DNA from: Nitrospirota bacterium
GTDB taxonomy: Bacteria > UBA2233
Direction: 5' to 3'
Assembly (NCBI GenBank): GCA_011620345.1
Contig: WOZJ01000014.1
Location: forward strand, 1 to 50,439
Length of the DNA stretch: 50,439 nucleotides
Shown here: in pieces, positions 10,230 through 18,615 of the stretch
How positions within the stretch are numbered: the stretch's first letter is position 1
Layout: every line of letters starts with the position of its first letter
Position numbers and translations under genes: made by a program
Notes under the pieces: generated by a model
The model's input: only the letters and a program-made list of their open reading frames with translations
Databases searched by the model: none
Told to the model about the DNA's origin: nothing

Positions 10230-10689
10230 CATGTTCGCTCAAAGCCTTGCCTTCAAACCTTTTGGATGGTTCGGCCTGTTTAGCACCACCCTTTGGATTC
10301 TTACGGGCGGAGGCTGTTTTTTTGCCGGCAGGCAAACTACCGATCGATTGCCCCAACAACACCGTATTTTGGTCCCCGTTTCCAAGGAGCGAGGGGTAGC
10401 CAGTTGGTACGGTCCAGGGTTTCACGGAAACGCAACGGCCAACGGAGAGGTGTTCAACGGCAAATTGTTCACGGCGGCCCATAACGAGCTTCCCTTTGGG
10501 ACGCTCGTGAGGGTTCGATCGCCGAAAACAGGCCGGTGGGCTGTTGTACGGATCAACGACAGGGGACCTAACTGTCCCGGTAGAGCCATTGACCTTTCAG
10601 AAGCTGCGGCAAAACAGATCGGCCTCAAGCGTTCAGGAACGGCCGAGGTCGTTATTGAGGTTTTAGAGCCGATGATGGTGTTTCGGTAA
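10216..10689 (+). CDS. rlpA: RlpA-family lytic transglycosylase lipoprotein (DPBB domain only)
   Basis: GVASWYGPGFHG, TANGE, TAAH..LPFGT, VRINDRGP, IDLS; lipobox-like GGGC; no SPOR domain. Confidence 0.88.
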   Translation: MNRLSMFAQSLAFKPFGWFGLFSTTLWILTGGGCFFAGRQTTDRLPQQHRILVPVSKERGVASWYGPGFHGNATANGEVFNGKLFTAAHNELPFGTLVRVRSPKTGRWAVVRINDRGPNCPGRAIDLSEAAAKQIGLKRSGTAEVVIEVLEPMMVFR

Positions 10690-10940
10690 GGCCAAGCGAG
10701 CTTAAGGCTATGTAGCCTTCCTACTGCTTAGAATTTGCTTAGAATTCCGCCTAAGGCAGCAAAGCAGGGGGCCGCTCGGCCTCCGATCGAGCGCGCCTGA
10801 TCCTTGCGATCCCGCGTTCTCCAGGACGCGCCCTGTGTTTGTAGGTCCTACCCTGTTTAAACCCCGATCTATGGCGTCTTTTGGTGTGTATAAGCGAGGC
10901 GCTTGAGTAGCAGCCCAGGGCTTGCTCACGTTGAACGCCA

Positions 10941-11004
10941 TCCCTCGATAGCCGGGTCAACCTTGCCTCGCTTCGAGGCTCAATGCCCCGGCTATCGAAA
11001 GGGA
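10941..11004. repeat. Long inverted repeat/hairpin just downstream of the FadL genes
   Basis: TCGATAGCCGGG...CCCGGCTATCGA (12 bp) enclosing GCCTCG-ctt-CGAGGC, with outer TCCC/GGGA. Confidence 0.75.
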
Positions 11005-11031
11005 GAATCGAGCGTTATACACGATCAGGCC

Positions 11032-12351
11032 CTAAAATTGAAGGGTAAGCCCGACCCCTCCCGCGATCTGGTAGCCGTCTGCCCTCCAAGATGGCTGGCC
11101 CAAGCTTGGGTCTTTTTCTTGGTTGCGGTTCTCCATCATCTGGTACTGGACGAACGCGTCCAAAAGCAAGGGGTATTTGAGCTTGGCCTGCGTGAAGGGT
11201 ATATGGAGGTCTTCGAGGACGTAACCAACCCCCCAGGAGAGCACGTTCTTGTCGTTGTCCAAATAGTTGCTCGGGATGTCTCCCTGGTCGGGAACGGGCG
11301 ATTCCTCGTGCCAGTAGCCCATCCTGACGAAGAGGTTCTTGTAAAGCTCGTACTCGGCCCCAACCCTGGGGACGTACGTGTCCTTCCATTTCCTTACGGG
11401 CGTTTCATGCCATGAGGGAATGCTGAAATCGCTCCACTTGTACCAGGTTAAATCAAAAGACACCAAGAGCTTGTCTATTGGTCTTATGGCTATCCCCCAC
11501 GTGTGGTTCTGGGGCAGGTAGTAATCGATAAACATTAACCTCAGGTTAATCGGAAGCTCGATGCCAGGCGATGCCCCTGGGATGAGGTCGGCCGTCGTGT
11601 TGATCCTCACAGGGTTCTTTTGTTGCATTTCGCCCCGATACGTGTAGGAGAGCTTAAGCCAATCCATCGGAACAAAAAGCACCCCTCCGATCGGGGCGAT
11701 CTCCCAGTTTGCATCGATGTCAATCTCTTTTGCGTAGATGTTGCCCCTGAGGTCGGTACGTACGTTCAACTCCGGAATGCCGATGTCATGCCACATGTTG
11801 AGCGAGGCGCCCGCGAAGAGCTTATTTTTGATCACCTCGATCCCAGTTCCCACGACTGTGTGAATCCGATTGGCGTTATCGCCGTAGCGGATGAAACGCG
11901 GGTTTTCAGGGGCCCAGTCGTGGATCCGCCAGGCGGCCTTTAGGTTGTCTCCTATGGCTGAAAACACGCCAAAGTTGATCCGCCTGTCGATGTCGATGAT
12001 TTTTGAGAGGTCGACCGTGAGACCGATGATCGGCGCGTCGAACTCCTCATCGTTTAAAAGGCTCATCCTGCCGTTTTCGCCTGGCAGGTACTGCTTGAGT
12101 CGCGGCTGTCCGTAGAGGTAGCCCAAAAAGAGCTGATGGTGGCGAATCTGGGCCAAGCCCGCGGGGTTGTAGTATGCCGCGCTGAAATCGTCTGCCACGG
12201 CAGAGTAGGCGTTGCCCATACCGATCGCCCGGGGAGACATGCCGAACACCTCCTGAACGTTGGCCGAGGCTTGGCTGCTCAGGATACCAAGAAGGCCAAA
12301 CAGGGCAAAAAGCCCGATGGCCGCGCTTTTGTAGCCTCGCTGCATGTGCAT
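11032..12351 (-). CDS. FadL/TodX-family outer-membrane channel, paralog 2
   Basis: Signal peptide (ASA), RAIGMGNAYSAVADD..AAYYNPAGL hatch motif, LFVRMGY, C-terminal Phe (LTLQF). Confidence 0.85.
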   Translation of the reverse strand: MHMQRGYKSAAIGLFALFGLLGILSSQASANVQEVFGMSPRAIGMGNAYSAVADDFSAAYYNPAGLAQIRHHQLFLGYLYGQPRLKQYLPGENGRMSLLNDEEFDAPIIGLTVDLSKIIDIDRRINFGVFSAIGDNLKAAWRIHDWAPENPRFIRYGDNANRIHTVVGTGIEVIKNKLFAGASLNMWHDIGIPELNVRTDLRGNIYAKEIDIDANWEIAPIGGVLFVPMDWLKLSYTYRGEMQQKNPVRINTTADLIPGASPGIELPINLRLMFIDYYLPQNHTWGIAIRPIDKLLVSFDLTWYKWSDFSIPSWHETPVRKWKDTYVPRVGAEYELYKNLFVRMGYWHEESPVPDQGDIPSNYLDNDKNVLSWGVGYVLEDLHIPFTQAKLKYPLLLDAFVQYQMMENRNQEKDPSLGQPSWRADGYQIAGGVGLTLQF

Positions 12352-12366
12352 CTTCCTACCTCCCTT

Positions 12367-13677
12367 CTAAAACTTTAGCGTAATGCCGCCGGCAACGGTG
12401 ATGACGTTGCCCTTGATCGTGTAATCGCTCAAGCTCGGGTCGCTCTTGTCCATCGTGCGGCTTGGCAAATGCCAGTACTGCATGGCCAAATCAACCGTGA
12501 TAGGTACCTTGATCACCCCCAACGGGTCGTTGAATCTGTAGCCTAACCCCCAAGAAAAGACGTGCCTGTCGGTATCCAGGTAATTAGACCTGGCGTACTG
12601 GTTGGGTACGGGCGAGGGCTCGTAGAAGTACCCGGCCCTTAGTGCGAGCGCATCGGTTAGCTTGTACTCAACCCCGACCCTTGGGATGACCGTATCGTCC
12701 CATTTGGGCGTAGGGCCGCCCCTGTAGGGGTTACGGTAGCTAGACCACTTGAACCAGGAGACATCGAGCGAGGTTAAGAGTCTTGGCGTCCAGTCGTAGG
12801 CCACGCCAAAATTGTGCTGCTGGGGCACGAAGTAGGCGTTGAAGCCTGGGATGTCCAGGTTAATCGGGATGTCGATCAGGTTCGAGCCCGGGACGGAGTG
12901 CGTAACGGCCTGGGCATATACAGGTGCCACGTCCAGTTCGAGCTGGCCCCTGAAGCTATAGCCGAGCCTAAGCTTACTTGTTGGCTTCAAGAGGGCGCCT
13001 ATTATGGGTGCGATTTCGGTATCGACTCCCTCGTTGAAGTTTGCCCCCGAGGAACGCGAGCGGCCAAGATCGATCCCCAACCCTTCGCTTGCCATTGCGG
13101 GCATCCTGGACTTGCCAGAGATGATGAACCGGATGCCCGCCCCAAAAGAAATCCACTTCCAGCGCTCTGGCTGCAAGGAGAGCCCGGCCACCAAATGGAT
13201 TCTATCCAGGTAATCTCCGTAGCGGTACCAGTGCGGCGTGCTCGGGTCTGGGTCGTAGATCCGGTAGATGGATTGAAAGTTGTCCGGGCTCGAAACAATC
13301 AGCCCAAACCGGCTGTGCACGGGAAGCGTGCCCTCGAAGGCCTCGTCTAGGTTGAAGGCCATCGCGATGACGGGGGCCCTTAGGTTGTCTGGCCCGCGCG
13401 ACTGGGCAGGCCCTGGCCCCCCGTTCATTTTTAGAGAAGGGCTCGAGTAGATGTAGCCCAGGCTCATCTCATGCTCGCTGAGCTGGGCCAAGCCCGCCGG
13501 GTTGTAGTAGACGGCGTAGACGTCGTCGGCTACGGCCGTGTAGGCGTTCCCCATGGACATCGCCCGGTAGCCGATGCCGTACATGTCGAAGATGTCTGCC
13601 CTAGCCTTGAAGGGCAGGAAAAGCAGGATCAAAAACCCGAGGAGCAAAGCCAAGCATCGTTGCCCTTTTGAGTTCAT
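12367..13677 (-). CDS. FadL/TodX-family outer-membrane channel, paralog 1
   Basis: Signal peptide (ARA), RAMSMGNAYTAVADD..AVYYNPAGL, LALRAGY.YEPSP, C-terminal Phe; ATG 13677 after GGGGAG. Confidence 0.85.
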   Translation of the reverse strand: MNSKGQRCLALLLGFLILLFLPFKARADIFDMYGIGYRAMSMGNAYTAVADDVYAVYYNPAGLAQLSEHEMSLGYIYSSPSLKMNGGPGPAQSRGPDNLRAPVIAMAFNLDEAFEGTLPVHSRFGLIVSSPDNFQSIYRIYDPDPSTPHWYRYGDYLDRIHLVAGLSLQPERWKWISFGAGIRFIISGKSRMPAMASEGLGIDLGRSRSSGANFNEGVDTEIAPIIGALLKPTSKLRLGYSFRGQLELDVAPVYAQAVTHSVPGSNLIDIPINLDIPGFNAYFVPQQHNFGVAYDWTPRLLTSLDVSWFKWSSYRNPYRGGPTPKWDDTVIPRVGVEYKLTDALALRAGYFYEPSPVPNQYARSNYLDTDRHVFSWGLGYRFNDPLGVIKVPITVDLAMQYWHLPSRTMDKSDPSLSDYTIKGNVITVAGGITLKF

Positions 13678-13760
13678 CTCGATTCTCCCCGAACATTTCA
13701 TTCATCAGAAAAAAAGAAGCAAAGAATTTTTCTAGAACTTGGTTTTCTAATTCCGCTCTA

Positions 13761-13792
13761 TTTGATTAGATCAAAACCTGTACGCTTGTCAA
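13761..13792 (-). promoter_or_regulatory. Candidate sigma70 promoter with overlapping palindrome for the FadL pair
   Basis: Minus strand TTGACA-N16-TCTAAT with TGn extension; palindrome TTTGAT-tag-ATCAAA over the -10. Confidence 0.5.
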
Positions 13793-13977
13793 GGGGTGAG
13801 CAAAAGCTATTCTCTTTTTTAATAGACGTATTTATAAACCTGCAATGATGGATTTTTTTGATGCAAGCCGGCCGATACGCTCATGTCCCGTCCGGGAAGG
13901 TCCATAGAAATTTGGTTGCCCGTGGGTGCTAGCCCCGAGACAGGCCGTATTCCGGTATTCGGGAATGGCCGGTTCCT

Positions 13978-13986
13978 TGGTATAAT
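13978..13986 (+). promoter_or_regulatory. Extended -10 promoter for the uppS operon
   Basis: Perfect TGnTATAAT (TGGTATAAT), about 40 nt before the likely uppS start. Confidence 0.55.
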
Positions 13987-14023
13987 GATAACCTTAAGGA
14001 AAATACGGGGGCTGGGAGCGTGT

Positions 14024-14770
14024 TTGGTGTCCAGGGTGTGGGGTAGCGGGGAGCTTCCTAGGCATGTAGCCATTATCATGGACGGAAACGGCCGCTATGC
14101 CCAGAATTTGGGCAAATCAAGGCTCTACGGTCACAAGATGGGTGTAAGGCGCCTTTGGGACATCCTCGAGGCGACGCTGGAAGCCGGCATTCCCTATCTA
14201 AGCGTGTTTGCCTTTTCGACCGAGAACTGGCAAAGGCCAACAAAGGAAGTCAAGGGGCTGTTCCGGATCGCCCGGTCGACCGTGCGGGTCTATACGCCGA
14301 AAATTCAATCCCTCGGTGTGCGTTTCTTGTGCATCGGGAACAAACGGACGCTGAACCCAAAGGACTTGCAAGCTATCGAACGGCTTGAATCGGACACATC
14401 TAAGAACCAAAAGCTCACTTTGGCCGTTGCGTTAGACTACGGGGGCAGGTGGGAAATCCTTGAAGCCGCCCGCAAGGCGGCCGAGCTTGCGGCCAAAGGG
14501 GAGCTTTTGCCCGAAGCGCTTACGGAGGAGCGGTTCGGCTCGATGCTTCAGAGCGCTGTCATCCCAGACCCGGACCTGTTGATCCGGACAGGTGGCGAGT
14601 GCCGGTTGAGCAATTTTATGCTTTGGCAGGCGGCGTACAGCGAGTTGTATTTCAGCCAAGAGCTTTGGCCCGCGTTCACAAAAGAGCATTACTTAAGCGC
14701 ATTAGAGGATTATGTTGGGAGAGAGCGTAGGTTCGGCCGGGTGTCCAAGCGCCCCTTTTCGTTCGCTTGA
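14024..14770 (+). CDS. uppS: Undecaprenyl diphosphate synthase
   Basis: PRHVAIIMDGNGR, FAFSTENWQRP, YGGRWEI, DLLIRTGGECRLSNFMLWQ, RRFG; start probably TTG 14024 or GTG 14027 after GGGAG. Confidence 0.95.
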   Translation: MVSRVWGSGELPRHVAIIMDGNGRYAQNLGKSRLYGHKMGVRRLWDILEATLEAGIPYLSVFAFSTENWQRPTKEVKGLFRIARSTVRVYTPKIQSLGVRFLCIGNKRTLNPKDLQAIERLESDTSKNQKLTLAVALDYGGRWEILEAARKAAELAAKGELLPEALTEERFGSMLQSAVIPDPDLLIRTGGECRLSNFMLWQAAYSELYFSQELWPAFTKEHYLSALEDYVGRERRFGRVSKRPFSFA

Positions 14771-14803
14771 GGAAGGCTTTCCTAAAATTTGGAACAACCA
14801 TGC

Positions 14804-15652
14804 ATGGCTAAGCCTTTCCCGATAAGACGGCCAAAACCCTTGGAGATGCCTCGAGCCGGCGTGCCTCTTGTGGCTCGCCTTTTGACGGGGATCGTCGGGG
14901 CCATTTGCCTCGTCTGGGCCCTTTGGGCCGGAAGAGAGGCTGCGGCTTGCGCGTTGATTGCGGCCTTTTCTTTTTTGGGCGCGCTCGAGTTTTTTCAAGC
15001 GGCAGGTCTGGGTCGTAGGGTTGGGCTAGGCATCCTTGTCGGGTTACTCGTTCTTACGAGCGCGACTTTTGAAGCCGAAACATTCCTTGTCGCCTACGGC
15101 CTGTCGCTTACCTGCTTGTGGCTTTTTTACCCTTTAAAGCGCGAGGACCCGAGCCGCTTGCTTGTGAGGCTCTCGCTCGAGACGACAGGGTTCGTTTATG
15201 CGAGCCTTCCATTCATTGCTCTGGGGATGCTCCTGAGAACAGACGGAGGGTTAGGCTGGCTCGTTTATTTGCTCTTTGTCGTGTGGATGGCGGATGTGGG
15301 GGGCTTTGTATTCGGCAGCCTCTTTGGTAGGCACAGAGTATTTGCCATGAGCCCCTCCAAGACGCTCGAGGGTTTTTTGGGGGGAGTTTGTTCCTCCGCG
15401 CTGGCCTCTTGGCTTGCGGCCTGGGCTGGGCTTGTCGAAGGGGGCGTGCCATGGGCGGTTTGGCCTTTTTTGGGCGCAGCGCTTGGGGTATTGGGCGCGC
15501 TAGGAGACCTGTTCGAGTCGTTCCTTAAAAGGGCGCTCGGAATCAAGGATTTTGGCCGGAGCCTGCCCGGACACGGGGGGGTCTTAGACCGCGTAGACAG
15601 CCTTGTGTTCAGCTCCTGGGCGCTCTTAATGTTGCGAAGAATCGGGCTATGA
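14804..15652 (+). CDS. cdsA: Phosphatidate cytidylyltransferase
   Basis: Multiple TMs, SPSKTLEG, GDLFESFLKR..GIKDFG..LPGHGGVLDRVDS; start uncertain. Confidence 0.93.
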   Translation: MAKPFPIRRPKPLEMPRAGVPLVARLLTGIVGAICLVWALWAGREAAACALIAAFSFLGALEFFQAAGLGRRVGLGILVGLLVLTSATFEAETFLVAYGLSLTCLWLFYPLKREDPSRLLVRLSLETTGFVYASLPFIALGMLLRTDGGLGWLVYLLFVVWMADVGGFVFGSLFGRHRVFAMSPSKTLEGFLGGVCSSALASWLAAWAGLVEGGVPWAVWPFLGAALGVLGALGDLFESFLKRALGIKDFGRSLPGHGGVLDRVDSLVFSSWALLMLRRIGL

Positions 15653-16830
15653 GGACCTCAAAGAAGCCCAAACGTTTGGCAATCCTCGGCGCGACGGGCT
15701 CTGTCGGCGCGCAGGCCCTGGATGTATTTCAGTCCTACCGCGAGGGCTTTGAGCTTGTAGGCATAAGTGCATGCAAGAGCTGGGAGCGGCTCGCCTCTTT
15801 GGCAGAGGCGTTCGAGCCCGAGTGGGTGTTTTTGGCGGACCCTAGTGCCAGGGGGTTTTTGAGGAAAACCTTGGCGAAGACGAGCGTAACCATCCTCGAG
15901 GACGAACAGGCCCTGCTCGATACGCTTTCGCCGGAGGCGCTCGACCTTGTTTTGGCCTGCGTCTCGGGTACGGACGCGCTCAAGCCCACCCTTGCGGCCC
16001 TGGAGCGGGGCATTGACGTTGGGCTGGCCAACAAGGAAGCCATGCTCGTGCTGGGGCCGTTGCTCAAGAAGGCGGCGAAGGGTTCGGGTGCGAGGATTTT
16101 TCCGATGGACAGCGAGCACGCGGCCGTGGAGCGAGCGTTGAGGGGCGTTCAAAGCCGCAAAGAGGTACGCAAGGTGATCCTTACCTCCTCCGGCGGTCCT
16201 TTTTGGACGCTTCCCGAAGAGGCCCTCAAGCATGTCTCCAGAGAGGAGGTTCTTAAGCATCCCGTATGGAGCATGGGTTCCAAGATCACGGTGGATTCGG
16301 CCACGCTCATGAACAAGGGTTTTGAGCTGATCGAAGCCTGCTTGCTGTTCGATATCCCCATGGAAAAGCTCGAGGTGTGGATCCACCCTCAAGGGTTGGT
16401 GCACGGAATTCTAGAGTTGAACGATGGTCAGCACATATGGATCGTTTCGGAGCCGGATATGCGCATCCCGATCGCCCAAGCCATGTTTTTTCCGTGGGTG
16501 CCCCCGACTCCTCTCCGTTCTTTTCGTCCTTTTGGTAGGGAGTTTACGTTTTTCATGGCGGACGACGCGCGATTTCCTGCGCTTAAGCTCGCACGGGAGG
16601 CGTTTTCGGCCTCCCGTGCGAGCGTTGTCCGGCTCGTTGCGGCCAACGAGGTGTTGGTTGAAGCGTTTCTTCATGGAAACTTGCCATTTTGGCGTATCGT
16701 TCCGTTATTAGAGGAGTTTGCGGCCTCTAGCCAGGATGAGGCGGCACCCGGCCTTTCAGACCTTTCGTCCACGCTTGCGTTCCTTGGGGTGACGAAAGAT
16801 GCCGCATGCACTCTTCTAAACCAGGACTGA
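15649..16830 (+). CDS. dxr: 1-deoxy-D-xylulose 5-phosphate reductoisomerase
   Basis: ILGATGSVG, LANKE, DSEH, HPVWSMGSKITVDSATLMNKGFELIEA, PDMRIPI. Confidence 0.96.
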   Translation: MRTSKKPKRLAILGATGSVGAQALDVFQSYREGFELVGISACKSWERLASLAEAFEPEWVFLADPSARGFLRKTLAKTSVTILEDEQALLDTLSPEALDLVLACVSGTDALKPTLAALERGIDVGLANKEAMLVLGPLLKKAAKGSGARIFPMDSEHAAVERALRGVQSRKEVRKVILTSSGGPFWTLPEEALKHVSREEVLKHPVWSMGSKITVDSATLMNKGFELIEACLLFDIPMEKLEVWIHPQGLVHGILELNDGQHIWIVSEPDMRIPIAQAMFFPWVPPTPLRSFRPFGREFTFFMADDARFPALKLAREAFSASRASVVRLVAANEVLVEAFLHGNLPFWRIVPLLEEFAASSQDEAAPGLSDLSSTLAFLGVTKDAACTLLNQD

Positions 16831-16846
16831 CGTAAGGAGGGTCGTT

Positions 16847-17941
16847 TTGAGCGTGCTTTGGATTGCTGCCGCCATTGCTATGGTAGGCGTGCTGATTCTT
16901 GTGCACGAGTTTGGCCATTTTCTCATGGCTAGGGCTCTAGGAATCGGCGTGGAAACTTTTTGTCTGGGGTTCGGCCCAATGCTCCTGAAGAAAAAGCTAG
17001 GCCAAACCCTGTATGCGGTTGCGCTCGTGCCCTTGGGCGGTTTTGTAAAGCTCGTCGGAGAAAGTGATCAAGAAGAGGTTTCCCCTGAGCTACTAAGCCG
17101 TTCGTTTGCGCAAAGGCCCGTGTTCCATAGGCTGCTCGTCGTCTTAGGAGGCCCTTTGTTCAACATCCTGTTCGCGCTGCTGGTGTTTGTCGGCCTTGGG
17201 CTTGGGGGTTCCGAAAGGCCTGCCGCGGTTGTTGGTGAGGTGCTCGAAGGGACTCCTGCGTTGGCCGCGGGCATTCGGCCAGGCGATCGGATTCTTCGCA
17301 TAAACGGCCAAGCCTTGCAATCCTGGGGTGAACTCCTAGGTATCGTTCATGATTCAAAAGGAAAACCGCTTACACTCGAGATACTAAGGGGTGGCAAGAA
17401 TATCCACGTCTCTGTCGTCCCTAGGCTCGGCTCTCGTGAAGACGAGTTCGGGGAGAATAAGCCTGCATGGATGATCGGCGTTGCCCCGGACCCAAAAGCC
17501 CGGGTTTTTGTCCGCCAGGGGCTTTTCCAGGCCCTCCAAGATGGGGCAGGGAATACCTACCGCCTAGTGAAGCTGACCTTCGTGGCGCTCTATAAAATGT
17601 TCACGGGGGCGTTATCGTACAAAAATATCGCCGGGCCTATCCAGATTTTTGCGCTCGCCGGCGAACAGGCACGTACGGGGCTTGCCTCGGCGTTGTTCTT
17701 TCTGGCGGTCATCAGCGTAAACCTTGGCGTCATCAACTTACTCCCCATCCCCGTGCTGGATGGAGGGCACGTGCTGTTCCTGACGGTAGAGGGTATTACC
17801 GGCAGGATGCCAAGCATGAAAGCAAGGGAGATTGCCCAGCAGGTAGGCTTATTTATCCTGCTTGCCCTTATGCTGCTCGCGTTCTTCAACGACATTACCC
17901 GCATCCTTAAGGGCGGACTCTTGGGGAATGGTCAGATCTAG
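16847..17941 (+). CDS. rseP: RIP metalloprotease RseP
   Basis: HEFGH, PLGGFVK, PDZ domain, NLLPIPVLDGGH. Confidence 0.95.
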   Translation: MSVLWIAAAIAMVGVLILVHEFGHFLMARALGIGVETFCLGFGPMLLKKKLGQTLYAVALVPLGGFVKLVGESDQEEVSPELLSRSFAQRPVFHRLLVVLGGPLFNILFALLVFVGLGLGGSERPAAVVGEVLEGTPALAAGIRPGDRILRINGQALQSWGELLGIVHDSKGKPLTLEILRGGKNIHVSVVPRLGSREDEFGENKPAWMIGVAPDPKARVFVRQGLFQALQDGAGNTYRLVKLTFVALYKMFTGALSYKNIAGPIQIFALAGEQARTGLASALFFLAVISVNLGVINLLPIPVLDGGHVLFLTVEGITGRMPSMKAREIAQQVGLFILLALMLLAFFNDITRILKGGLLGNGQI

Positions 17942-18602
17942 CGTTCGGCTAGCGCTTGATTTCTGCTCTGATACGCTAGGGGTAGCCCTTCAAGCTCGAA
18001 GCGGAGTGGAGCCTGTCTTCATCGTTGAAGCGCGAGGGTCTTCGCTTGGAAGGGTTACGCGGATGCTAAAGCGGGCACTAGAGCACGAAGGCGTTGGTGT
18101 CCGGGATTTGCACGAGGTTGTCCTTGCTACCGGCCCTGGCAGGCTCATGGGAATCAAGGTGTCCCACGCCTTTGCCTACGGACTCAAAGAGGCTGCCTCT
18201 CAAGTAGCGCTCTACGGGATGAACCGCCTCGATGCGCTCTCTACCCTCCTTCCCAACGATCAAGGAGGATGGGTAGTGCTAGGCTCTCACGGGAAGGCCG
18301 CCATTGCAAGCGGCTACACGCCGTCTGGCGGCGTTCTCCTTAGGAGGGCCGAACCGGTCGTAGGGCTGAAAGAGAACTTATTAGAGCTAGTAGGTCAAGA
18401 GCCTTGCGTGAGCGACCTTTGTGATTTCAGCCGGTTGCCCAGGGTGAGCGTGCTTGAGCCCGAGGAGGTAACCCGAATCATTCTTCGTCGGCTTGTATCC
18501 GGTGAAGATTGTGCGTTATATTTTTCTAAAGACCCGGAGCCCTGCTTTTTCAGGCCTTTCATGAGCTTGGGTCAGTCCGGTAAAGAACGGGTTGTGTTTT
18601 AA
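17928..18602 (+). CDS. tsaB: TsaB/YeaZ-like t6A biosynthesis protein (divergent)
   Basis: LALD..D..GVAL start, LATGPG..GIKV..A.A.GL; position after rseP. Confidence 0.7.
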   Translation: MVRSSVRLALDFCSDTLGVALQARSGVEPVFIVEARGSSLGRVTRMLKRALEHEGVGVRDLHEVVLATGPGRLMGIKVSHAFAYGLKEAASQVALYGMNRLDALSTLLPNDQGGWVVLGSHGKAAIASGYTPSGGVLLRRAEPVVGLKENLLELVGQEPCVSDLCDFSRLPRVSVLEPEEVTRIILRRLVSGEDCALYFSKDPEPCFFRPFMSLGQSGKERVVF

Positions 18603-18615
18603 GGGGGGAAGCCGT

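Noticed and set aside
10708..10941. 77-aa minus-strand ORF in the rlpA-FadL spacer
   Set aside because: SD abuts the ATG, composition is not protein-like, no recognisable family
13762..13774. FNR box
   Set aside because: Spacer is 3 nt, not the required 4; kept only as a generic operator candidate
13883..14023. Long N-terminal extension of UppS in the ORF track
   Set aside because: A perfect extended -10 lies inside it, and a later start with SD gives normal length
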